DNA from: Thermoanaerobaculia bacterium
GTDB taxonomy: Bacteria; Acidobacteriota; Thermoanaerobaculia; UBA5066
NCBI GenBank assembly: GCA_963719225.1
Contig: CAVRAY010000001.1
Span: 3,616,001 to 3,680,000, forward strand
DNA length: 64,000 bases
Direction of reading: 5' to 3'
Below, piece by piece: positions 1 through 9,971 of the stretch; the stretch's first letter is position 1, and every line of letters begins with the position of its first letter. Below the pieces are notes generated by a model, which was not told the origin of the DNA, did no database searches, and saw only the letters and a program-made list of their open reading frames with translations. The translations under genes were made by a program, and so were the position numbers.

Positions 1-303
1 GGGAATTTCTTCGAAGGAAGACAGCACGAGGCGCCGGGTGAGCGTCTCGCCGTCCGGGAGACGCCGGATCGACTCCGTCGAATCGCGCCCCTTGGGATCC
101 TGACTCGAAACGAACACGAATCGCCCCGCCGGCGCCTTCACGAGAAGTCGGGTCGTATCTCCCGTCTCTTCCCTTTCGAAGAAAATCGAAAGCTCCCATG
201 CCTTCCCGAAGACGAAGTGCCACCTCGCGGGCGCCGCCGCGGCGGAGAACGCCGACAGCAGGAGCCACGCGGCGAACGCCGCCGCGCTCGCCGCGGCCCT
301 CAC
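1..303 (-). CDS. Putative secreted protein, runs off the window edge
   Basis: GTG at 303 overlaps the TGA of the upstream gene (GTGA). The frame stays open to position 1. N-terminus MRAAASAAAFAAWLLLSAFSAAAA looks like a signal peptide. Not in the ORF track. Confidence 0.6.
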   Translation of the reverse strand, partial: MRAAASAAAFAAWLLLSAFSAAAAPARWHFVFGKAWELSIFFEREETGDTTRLLVKAPAGRFVFVSSQDPKGRDSTESIRRLPDGETLTRRLVLSSFEEIP

Positions 304-1859
304 GGCGCGAGCGACGTCCAAACCTTTCCCTCGATGAACGCGGCGACCATCCAGGAGTCGAGCCGCTCGCGCTTCGCCTCTCGCTCCAGGATGCCGAGGG
401 CCGCATCGCGCGGAACCGCTCTTTTGTAGGGACGGTCGGAGGCCGTGAGGGCGTCGTAGACGTCGCAGACCGTGAGAGCGCGGACGGCGGGCGGAATCAC
501 GTCGCGGACCAGCCCGCGGGGATAGCCGGTCCCGTCCAGCTTCTCGTGATGCGCGTACGCGATCTCGGGAACCCGGGCGAGGTCGGCGGTCCAGGGAATC
601 GTAGAGAGGAATCGCCACGTGTGCGAGACGTGGCTTTCCACGGCGCGCCGCTCGTCGTCGGAGAGGCTGCCTTGCGTGATGGACAGGAGCTCGAACTCCT
701 CGGGCAGAAGGAGAGTCGTCAGGCGCCCACGGCGATCGCGGTACGAGAGCGCCAGCAGCGTCTCGAGCCGGCCCCGCGCGTCCCTCGGCAGGACGGTCGG
801 CTCGTTCGCGGCGACGATCTCTTCGAAGAGATCTTCGAGGGCGCGTGCGCGCGCGGCGGCTGCCGCGTCGAGCCCCTCCAGATCGGCGGCGTCGACGGGA
901 CCACCCTCGCACAGGCGCCGCTCCAGGAGCTCACGCGCCTCTCGGGCCTCCTCCGAGGCGAGCGAGCAGTCGAAGCGGTCGCGGATCTTTCCGAGCCCTT
1001 CCTCCGAGAGCTTCTTCGCCTTGACGAGGACGCGCTCGGGGATCGAGATCTTCCCGAAGTCGTGGAGGAGCGCGGCCGTGCCGATCTCCCGGAGCTCTTC
1101 CCTGGAGAAGGTCACGGCAGCGTACGGGCCGTCCGCCGCGCGGTCCACGAGAGAAGCGAGCGCGACGGAAAGGGCCGAGACGCGATTGCTGTGGCCCGCC
1201 GTAGTCGGATCGCGCTGCTCGACCGCCACGATCGCGGCCCGCGCGAAGTCCTCGAAGAGCTTCCGGATCGACGCCGTCAGGTTGTTCGCTTTCAGGCAGA
1301 CCGCCGCCTGTGTCGCGAGCGACAGCAGGAGGGGCACGAGGTCCTCCGGGTACGTCTCGTACGTTCCCGGCGCGCGTCCCCGACGGTTCATGAGCTGGAG
1401 GACGCCCACGAGGTCGCCGCGGTGATCCTTCATCGGGACGACGAGCATGGCGCGCGTGCGAAACCCGGTCGCGAGGTCGAACGCATCGTTGTGCCGGTAC
1501 GGCGCGCCTTTCGGCAGCGCGTACGCGTCCTCGAGAACCAGGGGCTCGCCGTGCACGGCCACCCAGCCCGCGAGGCTCTCCTCGTTCACTTTCACCGTGC
1601 GCTCGGAGAAAGCGAACGAAACCGCGTCGTTCTGCGCGAGCTTGAAACGCAGCCGCCGCCCTTCCGGCGCGTCCTCCACCAGATAGAGGCTGCCCGCCTC
1701 GGAATCCGAGAATCGCCGCGATTCGGTCAGGATCGTCTCGAGGAGCTTCTCGAGATCACGCTCGGCGGACAAGGCGATCCCGATCCGGTTCAGGGCAGCG
1801 ATCCTCTCTTCGGCCTGCCGAAGGCGTTCCTGGAGAAACGACACCTCGTCCGAGCTCAT
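300..1859 (-). CDS. GAF + HD-GYP cyclic-di-GMP phosphodiesterase
   Basis: N-terminal GAF (FRTRAMLVVPM...VGVLQLMN), then RDPTTAGHS, LLHDFGK, HHEKLDGTGYPRG and DVYDALTASDRPYK motifs. Confidence 0.92.
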   Translation of the reverse strand: MSSDEVSFLQERLRQAEERIAALNRIGIALSAERDLEKLLETILTESRRFSDSEAGSLYLVEDAPEGRRLRFKLAQNDAVSFAFSERTVKVNEESLAGWVAVHGEPLVLEDAYALPKGAPYRHNDAFDLATGFRTRAMLVVPMKDHRGDLVGVLQLMNRRGRAPGTYETYPEDLVPLLLSLATQAAVCLKANNLTASIRKLFEDFARAAIVAVEQRDPTTAGHSNRVSALSVALASLVDRAADGPYAAVTFSREELREIGTAALLHDFGKISIPERVLVKAKKLSEEGLGKIRDRFDCSLASEEAREARELLERRLCEGGPVDAADLEGLDAAAAARARALEDLFEEIVAANEPTVLPRDARGRLETLLALSYRDRRGRLTTLLLPEEFELLSITQGSLSDDERRAVESHVSHTWRFLSTIPWTADLARVPEIAYAHHEKLDGTGYPRGLVRDVIPPAVRALTVCDVYDALTASDRPYKRAVPRDAALGILEREAKRERLDSWMVAAFIEGKVWTSLAP

Positions 1860-4699
1860 CGGGCCGCCTCGAGCTTCCCCCCGCGCCGGCGGGCGACGAC
1901 GCGCTCGGGCGGGAAGGTGACGACGAACCGGCTGCCGCGCTCACGTCCCTCGCTCTCGGCGACGATCGTTCCGCCGTGCGCCAGGACGATCGCGCGCGCG
2001 ATGGCGAGGCCGATGCCCAGCCCGCCGAAACGGCGGTTCGAGGACGTCTCCTCCTGCCGGAAGCGATCGAACACGAGCGGCAGGAACTGCGGGTCGATGC
2101 CGTGGCCCTCGTCCTCCACGGAGATCTCGAGTCCCCCGCCCGAGGCCAGACGTCCCGCCACGCGTACGGTTCCCCCGGACGGCGAGAACTTGATCCCGTT
2201 CGCGAGAAGATTCCAGAGGACCTGCTTGAGGCGCGCGGCGTCGCCTTCCACGGACGGCAGGTCCGGGTCGAGATTGTTGCGGATGACGACGCCCCGGCGC
2301 CGGGCGCCCGGGCTCACGGCGTCGAGAGCCGCCGCGAGGATCTCGGGGATCGCGACCGGGCCGCGGCGGAGCTCCAACCCGAAATTGTCGATCCGCGACA
2401 GGTCGATCAGGTCCGCCAGCATCCGCGTGAGCGTGTCGGCCTGCCCGAGAATGGCTTCGAGGGCGCGCCGCGCCTCCGCGTCGTCGCGGCGGGAATCGAG
2501 CAGGACCTCGGCCCATCCCACGATCCCCGTCAGCGGCGTGCGGATCTCGTGGGAGAGATTCGCGAGGAAGTCGTCCTTCAGCCGGTTGCTCCGCTGGAGC
2601 TCTTCGATCAGACGGGCGTTGCGGAGCGCGATCGCGGACTGCTCGGCCAGGAGCGCGAGCGTCTCGCCGTCCTCCGGCGAGAAAGCTTCTTGCTCGATCG
2701 CGAGCACCTCGAGGACGCCGAGCCGGTGATCGCCGACGCGGATCGGCACGGCCATCAGCGATCGCACGTCCGGATTCTCGACGGCGGAGCGGGCGCGGGC
2801 CCGCGTGCCCGAATCCCAGCCGGCGGAAATCTCGTCGAATCCGGCCACCTGGAGGAACACGGGACGGTTCTCGAGGAAGGCCCGGCCCGCACACTTGAGT
2901 CGCGCCAAGGCGTGCGGTGCGATCCCGGCCGCGCGCAGCGTCATGTCCCCCAGGCCGTCGGCGGCGGCGACCGAGAGGCTCGTGTTGCCCGCGTCGCTCA
3001 CCCACGCGACGCAGCCGTCGGCACGCGGGAACGCGCGCGTGGTCTCCTCGACGACCGACGTCAGGACATCCGGCGCGTGCAGGCGGAAGTTGAGGAGCTG
3101 CGTGGCGCGCGTCACCGCTTCGAGAACGCGCGTGCGCTTTTCCAGAGTCTCGACGAGCTCGGACAGGCGCAGCGCCAGGGCCGCGCGTTCGGCGAAGGAG
3201 CGGATCGTGCGGGCGTCCGCATCCGAGAAGGCGGCGGGGCGCCCCGATTGGAGGTCGAAAACGCCGACGACGCGGTCGTCGAGCACGAGCGGAACGACGA
3301 GCTCCGAGCGCGCGTCGCGCCAGCCCGCGACGTAGTCCGGCTCGCTCTTGACGTCGGGGACGTTCAGGACGCGCCCGGAACGCGCGGAGAGCGGAATGAG
3401 GCCCGCCTCGCCGAGCGGAATGGCGGAGACGGAGTCGACTCGGGACGACCACTGACCGCGCCGGCCGTGCGGAACGAGGACACGGCGTTCCTCGTCCACG
3501 AGGAGGAGGCTGCACGCCTCGTGTCCGAAATGCTTCGCGAGCGCGTCGAGGATCTGGTCGAGGAGAATCCGGCGGTCGGCCGTGCGCGTGAGGAGGGCGT
3601 GAGAGGCGTCGGCGAGGCTTTGGGCTCCGCGCATGGCCTCCGCGACGGCGTCTGCGGCGCGCCGCTGCTCGAGCGCGACGCCCACGAAATCGGCGAGCGA
3701 TTGCAGCGTCTCGACATCGTCGAACTCGATCCGGCGGGACGTGTCCCGGCTCGCGACGCTCATGACGCCGATCGTCTTGCCCGCCGACCGCATGGGAAAG
3801 ACGCCGAAGGAACGCGCGCCGAGCTGGCGGAATCTCTCCTTCGAGGGACCCTCGGGCTCCTCTTCGACGTCGTTCACGATGAGCGGCTGCCCGGATTCGA
3901 GGACACGGAACGAGACGGTCGGACGCTCCGGCGTCAGGGGGATGCGTCCCGAGAAATCTCCCGCGTCGGTCCCGCCGTACCCGCCGAGGCCGATGACGGC
4001 GTCCCCTTCCGGCGCGACGAGCGAGAAGACGCCGATCGGGAAGAGCAGGGTGTCTCGAAGGCCCGAAAGCGCCGTCTCGACGACGTCGTTCACGGTCGTG
4101 GATCGCTGGACCGCGGAGGCGAGGTCGAAGAGCACCGACAGGCGGTCCCGCTCCCGGCCGAGCTCCTCGACGAGCTCGGTCTGCTTGAGGGCCGCCGACA
4201 TGTGATGAACGGCCGACTCCAGGAAGGCGACGTCTTCCGGACTCCAGCTGCGCCGCTCCCGCACGGACGCCGCGGCCACGAATCCCCGGAGCGTGCTGTC
4301 GATGCCGATCGGGACGGCGAGAAGGGACTTCGTGCCGAGCTGACGCAGGATCTCGCGCCCCTCCTCCAGGTCGGGCGTGTCTTCGACGTCCCCCACCACC
4401 ACGGACTCGAACCTCTTCAGCCTCGCCGAGACCACCGACTCGGACAGCGGGATCGTCACCGGAATCGGGTCGACGCCGTCCGCGGCCCACGACGCGCGCA
4501 CGACGAGCTCGTCGTCACCGCCCGCGCCGAACAGGAAGAGCGCGAGACGATCGACGTCGAGAATCCGGCCGATCTGCGCGACGGACCAGTCGAGGAACTC
4601 CTGGAGCTGCACCCCCTCGACGAGCGCGAGGGCGAACTCCGAGAGGAACCGGTCGCGCACGACGCCCGGATCCGTGACACCACGATCGTCCCGAGCCAC
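1856..4699 (-). CDS. Cytoplasmic multi-GAF (about 4) sensor histidine kinase
   Basis: Repeated GAF segments. H-box LSHEIRTPL, N-box NLLANGIKF, G1 DEGHGI, G2 GGLGIGL. Overlaps the HD-GYP start. Start codon uncertain. Confidence 0.92.
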   Translation of the reverse strand: MARDDRGVTDPGVVRDRFLSEFALALVEGVQLQEFLDWSVAQIGRILDVDRLALFLFGAGGDDELVVRASWAADGVDPIPVTIPLSESVVSARLKRFESVVVGDVEDTPDLEEGREILRQLGTKSLLAVPIGIDSTLRGFVAAASVRERRSWSPEDVAFLESAVHHMSAALKQTELVEELGRERDRLSVLFDLASAVQRSTTVNDVVETALSGLRDTLLFPIGVFSLVAPEGDAVIGLGGYGGTDAGDFSGRIPLTPERPTVSFRVLESGQPLIVNDVEEEPEGPSKERFRQLGARSFGVFPMRSAGKTIGVMSVASRDTSRRIEFDDVETLQSLADFVGVALEQRRAADAVAEAMRGAQSLADASHALLTRTADRRILLDQILDALAKHFGHEACSLLLVDEERRVLVPHGRRGQWSSRVDSVSAIPLGEAGLIPLSARSGRVLNVPDVKSEPDYVAGWRDARSELVVPLVLDDRVVGVFDLQSGRPAAFSDADARTIRSFAERAALALRLSELVETLEKRTRVLEAVTRATQLLNFRLHAPDVLTSVVEETTRAFPRADGCVAWVSDAGNTSLSVAAADGLGDMTLRAAGIAPHALARLKCAGRAFLENRPVFLQVAGFDEISAGWDSGTRARARSAVENPDVRSLMAVPIRVGDHRLGVLEVLAIEQEAFSPEDGETLALLAEQSAIALRNARLIEELQRSNRLKDDFLANLSHEIRTPLTGIVGWAEVLLDSRRDDAEARRALEAILGQADTLTRMLADLIDLSRIDNFGLELRRGPVAIPEILAAALDAVSPGARRRGVVIRNNLDPDLPSVEGDAARLKQVLWNLLANGIKFSPSGGTVRVAGRLASGGGLEISVEDEGHGIDPQFLPLVFDRFRQEETSSNRRFGGLGIGLAIARAIVLAHGGTIVAESEGRERGSRFVVTFPPERVVARRRGGKLEAAR

Positions 4700-4724
4700 T
4701 GGGAACTCAGTTTATCCTCACGGG

Positions 4725-7700
4725 ATGCACTTGGGCTTCTCGGACCCGGATCTCTTTCTCCCGGAACGCCTCGCGGACCTCGACGCTCTCTTTCGGCTGC
4801 GTCTCAGCCGGGAGAATCCCGACCTCGCGAGGCGTTTCGAGCTTTACCGGACTCTGCAGCCGCTCGCGCCCACGGAGCTTTCGGCCCTTCTCGTCGAGGT
4901 CAGCCGCCACCTTGCGGCGTTCCTCGCGGAGCTCTTCGGCGTGGCCGCCGAGCGCGAAGCCGCGATCCTGCGGGTGAAGGCGGAGGCCGTGCTCTTCAGG
5001 TTCCGCTTCTCGGTCTTTCAGAAGCGGTCCGCAAAGAGGTTCCCCGATGCCGCCTCGATCGCCGACCTGGACCTCGAGGCCGCCGAGGCGTCGGGAAGAG
5101 CCGTCGTCGACGCCCTCGCAGGCGGCCTCGGCCCCGCCGACGAGGAACGCCGCGTCGCCCAAGCGGGCTGGGACCTCTTCGACCTCGCGGGCTCTCTGGC
5201 GACGCCCCGTTCCCGCGACGCGTCCTACACGGAGGAGGCGGCCCGCACGCGCGTCGCGAGCCTGCGCGCCCGGGCGCCCGGGACCCCCCTTCCGCTTTCC
5301 GGCGACGACGCCGCGCTCGTGAAGGAGTGGACGGACGCGTTCGACGCGTGGGTGGCCGTGCTGCGTTTCAGCCCGGAGCACCGGGCCCGCACGAGGGCAT
5401 GGGCGTCCTTCGCGATCCCGAAGCCGATGAAGTTCGATGCCCTCGTCGCGACGGAGCGCTCGCGGCCCGATCTTCCCGAGGCTCGCTTCGGCCTGCCTTC
5501 GCACGCGCGGGCGCGCGACGGCTTCACCCTGACGGATCCGCGCAAGACCGCGCGGCAGGTCACCGGCGAGACCCATTACTGCATCCTCTGCCACGAGCGC
5601 GACAAGGATTCGTGCGCGAAGGGCTTTCGGCAGAAGGACGCCAGCGTGCGTTCGAATCCGCTCGGCGTGCCGCTGGCGGGCTGTCCGCTGAACGAGAAGA
5701 TCTCGGAGATGCACATGTTGCGGCGGGAGGGGGACGCTCTCGGCGCTCTCGCGCTCGTCTGTATCGACAATCCGATGGTTCCCGGCACCGGGCATCGCAT
5801 CTGCAACGACTGCATGAAGGCCTGCATCTTCCAGTCGCAGGATCCCGTCGACATCCCGCAGGCGGAGACGGGCGTCCTCACGGACGTCCTCGGGATGCCG
5901 TGGGGGTTCGAGATCTGGTCGCTCCTGACGCGCTGGAACCCGCTGAACGCGGCGCGCCCGTACGCGCTCCCCTACAACGGCAAAAACGTTCTCGTCGTCG
6001 GGCTCGGGCCGGCCGGCTACACGCTCGCCCACCATCTCCTGAACGAGGGCTTCGGCGTGGTCGCAGTCGACGGCCTCAAGATCGAGCCCCTGCCGGAGGA
6101 GCTCACGGGCAACGAGACGCGCTCCCCGAAGCTGATTCGCGACGCGAAGGTGCTCTTCCGCCCGCTCGACGAGCGCACGCTCACGGGCTTCGGCGGTGTT
6201 TCCGAATACGGCATTACGGTGCGCTGGGACAAGAACTTCCTCGACCTCCTCTACCTGAACCTCGCGCGGCGGCGCACGCTGCGCTTCTACGGGGGCGTTC
6301 GGTTCGGCGGCACGCTCACGCACGAGCAGGCCTTCGACCTCGGGTTCGACCACGTCGCGATCGCCGCCGGCGCCGGCAAGCCGACGCTCGTGGGGATGAC
6401 GAGCAACCTCATCCGCGGCGTGCGCATGGCCTCCGACTTCCTCATGGCCCTGCAGCTCACCGGATCTTTCAAGAAGGACGCGCTCACGAACCTGCACGTC
6501 GACGTCCCGATCCTCGTCATCGGCGGCGGCCTGACGGCGATCGACACGGCCACCGAAGCACAGGCCTACTACGCGCTTCACGTCGAGAAAGCTCTCGAGC
6601 GCTACGAGGCGCTCGCGGCCGGGAAGGGAGAAGCGACCGTCCTGGCCGGACTCTCCGTCGAGGAGCGGGCGCTCCTCGCCCGCCAGCTCAAGCACGGGCA
6701 CGCAATCCGACTGGAGCGCGAGCGTGCGACACGTGCCGGCGAGACCCCGGACTTCGCGCGGCTCGTCAAGCAGTGGGGAGGCTCGCAGATCGTCTACCGG
6801 CGCTCGATGGAGGAGTCCCCGGCCTACCGCCTGAACCACGAGGAGATCATCAAGGCGCTCGAGGAAGGAATCGGGTTCCTCGAGAACCTCGAGCCCGTGG
6901 AGGCCGTGCCGGACGAGAACGGCACGCTCCGCGCCGTGATCTTCAAGCGGAAGGACGGCTCCCTTCTCGGGCTTCCCTGCCGCACGCTCCTCGTCGCGGC
7001 GGGCACCTCGCCGAACGTGACCTACGGCCGGGAGAGGCCCGGGAGCATCCCGCTCGATGCGAAGAACAAGTTCTTCCGCCCGCACGTGGCCGAGAAGGAT
7101 GGCGAAGGGTTCCGTCTCGTTCCGAAGGACGACGGGGTCGGCGCGTTCTTCATCGGCACGACGTACCGGGGGAAGCTCCTTTCGTACTTCGGTGACAATC
7201 ATCCCGTCTACGCCGGCTCGGTCGTCAAGGCGATGGCCTCGGCACGGGACGGCACGTCGAAGATCCTCGAGCTCTTCTCCGATGCGCTCGCGGCCCTCGA
7301 CCGCTCCCCCGCCGCTCAGGCGGCTCGCGACGCCTCGTGGAGGTCCTTCGGCGCGATGCTGGACGACCTTCTCGTCCCCCGCGTCGTGCGCGTCGACCGG
7401 CTCACGCCGACGATCGTCGACGTCGTCGTGAGGGCGCCGATGGCCGCGCGCAACTTCCAGCCCGGCCAGTTCTACCGCTTTCAGAACTACGAGGCCTACG
7501 CCGCGCGGCTGCCGGACTCGAGCGGCGGCCCGGGCGCGCCGGCCCTCATCGAGCCATGCGCTCTCACCGGCGCGTGGGTCGACAAGGAGAAAGGCCTCCT
7601 TTCGATGATCGCTCTCGAGCTCGGCGTCTCGAGCCGTCTCTGCGCCTCCCTGAAGGAGGGGGAGCCCGTCGTCGTCATGGGCCCCACGGGAACTCCCACG

Positions 7701-8363
7701 CACCTTCCGGAGAACGAAACGGTCGTGCTCTGCGGGGGCGGGCTCGGAAACGCCGTGCTCTTCTCGATCGGGCGAGCCGCACGCGAGCGTGGAAACAAGG
7801 TCCTCTACTTCGCGGGCTACAAGAAAGCCGAGGACTTCTACAAGCGCGAGGAGATCGAGGCCGCGGCCGACGTCGTCGTCTGGGCCGTGGACATCGCCCC
7901 GACGATCTCCGCCAGGCGTCCCCAGGACTTCAGCTTCCTCGGCAACATCGTGCAGGCGATGCTCGCGTATGCCGACGGGAACCTCGGTGAGACGACCATT
8001 CCTCTCGGCGAGGCGTCGCGCCTCATCGCGATCGGCTCGGACCGCATGATGGCCGCCGTCGCGGCCGCGCGCCACGGCGTCCTCGCCCCGTATCTCTCCG
8101 CCACGCACGTGGGCATCGGATCGATCAACTCACCGATGCAGTGCATGATGAAGGAAGTCTGCGCACAGTGCCTCCAGCGCCACGTGGACCCCGTCACGAA
8201 GAAGGAGTCGTTCGTCTTCTCGTGCTTCAACCAGGACCAGAAGCTCGACGAGATGGACTGGGAGAACCTGCGCGCCCGCCTGTCGCAGAATTCCCTCGAG
8301 GAGAGGCTCGCGAACCAGTGGCTCGAGCACGCCCTCGCCCTGGAGGACGTGCGGCGGGTGTGA
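4725..8363 (+). CDS. Fe-S/FAD oxidoreductase: GltD/NfnB-like module fused to an FNR/NfnA(PyrK)-like module
   Basis: CILCH..DSC, GCP and ICNDCMKAC Cys clusters; GLGPAG and GGGLTAID dinucleotide motifs; C-terminal MGPTG, GGGLG and NSPMQCMMKEVCAQC. ATG 4725 chosen because the ORF-track start overlaps the divergent kinase. Confidence 0.85.
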   Translation: MHLGFSDPDLFLPERLADLDALFRLRLSRENPDLARRFELYRTLQPLAPTELSALLVEVSRHLAAFLAELFGVAAEREAAILRVKAEAVLFRFRFSVFQKRSAKRFPDAASIADLDLEAAEASGRAVVDALAGGLGPADEERRVAQAGWDLFDLAGSLATPRSRDASYTEEAARTRVASLRARAPGTPLPLSGDDAALVKEWTDAFDAWVAVLRFSPEHRARTRAWASFAIPKPMKFDALVATERSRPDLPEARFGLPSHARARDGFTLTDPRKTARQVTGETHYCILCHERDKDSCAKGFRQKDASVRSNPLGVPLAGCPLNEKISEMHMLRREGDALGALALVCIDNPMVPGTGHRICNDCMKACIFQSQDPVDIPQAETGVLTDVLGMPWGFEIWSLLTRWNPLNAARPYALPYNGKNVLVVGLGPAGYTLAHHLLNEGFGVVAVDGLKIEPLPEELTGNETRSPKLIRDAKVLFRPLDERTLTGFGGVSEYGITVRWDKNFLDLLYLNLARRRTLRFYGGVRFGGTLTHEQAFDLGFDHVAIAAGAGKPTLVGMTSNLIRGVRMASDFLMALQLTGSFKKDALTNLHVDVPILVIGGGLTAIDTATEAQAYYALHVEKALERYEALAAGKGEATVLAGLSVEERALLARQLKHGHAIRLERERATRAGETPDFARLVKQWGGSQIVYRRSMEESPAYRLNHEEIIKALEEGIGFLENLEPVEAVPDENGTLRAVIFKRKDGSLLGLPCRTLLVAAGTSPNVTYGRERPGSIPLDAKNKFFRPHVAEKDGEGFRLVPKDDGVGAFFIGTTYRGKLLSYFGDNHPVYAGSVVKAMASARDGTSKILELFSDALAALDRSPAAQAARDASWRSFGAMLDDLLVPRVVRVDRLTPTIVDVVVRAPMAARNFQPGQFYRFQNYEAYAARLPDSSGGPGAPALIEPCALTGAWVDKEKGLLSMIALELGVSSRLCASLKEGEPVVVMGPTGTPTHLPENETVVLCGGGLGNAVLFSIGRAARERGNKVLYFAGYKKAEDFYKREEIEAAADVVVWAVDIAPTISARRPQDFSFLGNIVQAMLAYADGNLGETTIPLGEASRLIAIGSDRMMAAVAAARHGVLAPYLSATHVGIGSINSPMQCMMKEVCAQCLQRHVDPVTKKESFVFSCFNQDQKLDEMDWENLRARLSQNSLEERLANQWLEHALALEDVRRV

Positions 8364-8486
8364 GGAGCGCGGCCACGCTCCGGGATTATGCTCAAGCGGA
8401 GGCCGTAGCCGCGTCAGCGCGTCCGTGCGGTGTTCCGCGGGCGATTCGCGCCAAGGAGTAAAGTAGCTTCGAGGGAAGTGGACGCC

Positions 8487-8714
8487 ATGTCTTCGACGAA
8501 GCTCCTCACCGCGATCATCGAGAAGGAAGGCGACGGCTACGTAGCCCTTTGCCCCGAGGTCGACGTCGCGAGTCAGGGCGGTACCGTGGAGCAGGCGCGT
8601 TCGAACCTCAAGGAAGCCCTCGAGCTCTTCTTCGAGGCGGCAGATCCCTCGGAGATCAAGCGGCGGATGGGCAGCGAGGTCTTCGTCACTCAGGTCGAAA
8701 TCGCCGTTGGTTAG
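8487..8714 (+). CDS. hicB: HicB-family antitoxin
   Basis: AIIEKEGDGYVALCPEVDVASQGGTVEQARSNLKEALELF is the HicB partial RNase H fold signature. Confidence 0.9.
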   Translation: MSSTKLLTAIIEKEGDGYVALCPEVDVASQGGTVEQARSNLKEALELFFEAADPSEIKRRMGSEVFVTQVEIAVG

Positions 8715-8928
8715 ACTGCGGGTCCTGTCGGGGCGCGAGGTCTGCGAGATCCTCTCCCAACACGGATTCGCCCTCGTCCGGCAAAAAGGTAGTCACGCGG
8801 TCATGCAGGCGCGCGGCGCGTCTGGAACGATCACAGTGCCCGTGCCGCTCCATCCCGAGCTGAAGATCGGAACCTTGCAGGCAATCATCCGGCAGTCCGG
8901 TCTCCCGCGGTCTCTCTTCGAAGGTTGA
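8707..8928 (+). CDS. hicA: HicA-family mRNA interferase toxin
   Basis: LSGREV..GF..VRQKGSH..VPLH.ELKIGTL..IIRQSGL; overlaps the hicB stop. Confidence 0.9.
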   Translation: MVRLRVLSGREVCEILSQHGFALVRQKGSHAVMQARGASGTITVPVPLHPELKIGTLQAIIRQSGLPRSLFEG

Positions 8929-8945
8929 GCCGCAGCGGCACTGAA

Positions 8946-9941
8946 TCAGAAGAGATCGCTGGTGCCGTCATGGAGGAGGACCGCTTCCGCCTCCTTGTAT
9001 TGGCGGTTCATCTGCTCCGTCTCGAGAAAGGACATGAAGAGCTTCTCGACCGGAACCGGCTGCCGCAGAAGAACACACGCGCTCGCGAGGTCATCGTCAC
9101 AGAAGTGGTGCATCGCGATTTCGAGGTTGAACGTAGCGGATTTGAATCCCTCGTTAGAGCGAGCCCGCCTCTGGCCCGAGAAGGAAACGCCGCGGTACAC
9201 GACTACGGAAGAGTGCCCGAGCTGCTCGAAAAGCTCGCGCATGAAGGCGAGTCGATTCAGCACGTGCTCCGCACGCCGTCGCTTGCTCCAAGAGCCAGCG
9301 AAGAGGTCGGGATTCCGAACCTGCTTGCCCTCGAATGGGACGAGTCCCAGCTCGGCCAACACGATGCGGTGCCCCTTCACCAGTTCCCCGGAGTAGGGGT
9401 TGCTCACGTACTGGACGGCGAACGCGTTCTCGACCGTCCACAGGTCTTTCGCCGACATATAGCGCCTGAGGTCATCCCACAGCGTCGGATTGCCGGTGCG
9501 GCTCTTGAAGTCCAGCGCGTCGCCGGACGCCAGGAATGCCGACTCGGCGTGCAGCCAAGTCCCCACGTCCCCGCGCAGGGAGGCGATCCGTGCCTCCGAG
9601 TTCGCTCGACACGAGGACTCCGCCTCGATTGTCAGCGGCCGGTTCAGACGCGAGACCTGTTGCGTGTAGTCCGCGATCTCCGCGTCTGACGCCTCGCCGC
9701 TTCCATGTGCAAACTGGCAGGTCCCGACTTCCTCGAGGGGCAATTCCCAGCGTGCTCCCTTGTCCTCGAAGTCGGCGACTTCGACAACGAAGAAGCCGGA
9801 CGCGCGATTCACCTCCAGGACGCGCAGGGGAGTTCGTCTTCGATCGAGCAGCCGGCACTCGTTGCCCGGGACGACGTATTTGAGATCTCCCGGAACGTAG
9901 TGGGAGTCCGGCAGCATTGCGGGATTGGACTGATAAACCAC
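8946..9941 (-). CDS. Hypothetical protein with a C-terminal ADP-ribosyltransferase-like (R-S-E) domain
   Basis: 331 aa ORF with ordered motifs VVYRG, FKSAT and KEAEAVL near the C-terminus. Confidence 0.55.
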   Translation of the reverse strand: MVYQSNPAMLPDSHYVPGDLKYVVPGNECRLLDRRRTPLRVLEVNRASGFFVVEVADFEDKGARWELPLEEVGTCQFAHGSGEASDAEIADYTQQVSRLNRPLTIEAESSCRANSEARIASLRGDVGTWLHAESAFLASGDALDFKSRTGNPTLWDDLRRYMSAKDLWTVENAFAVQYVSNPYSGELVKGHRIVLAELGLVPFEGKQVRNPDLFAGSWSKRRRAEHVLNRLAFMRELFEQLGHSSVVVYRGVSFSGQRRARSNEGFKSATFNLEIAMHHFCDDDLASACVLLRQPVPVEKLFMSFLETEQMNRQYKEAEAVLLHDGTSDLF

Positions 9942-9971
9942 GCAGCCACCCCGGACAAACCGCGAACGTCT

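Noticed and set aside
198-7195. Long plus-strand ORFs (843 aa, 1739 aa) and similar shadow ORFs throughout the window
   Set aside because: Antisense or frame-shifted shadows of motif-bearing genes; Arg/Pro/Ala-rich, as expected in high-GC DNA.
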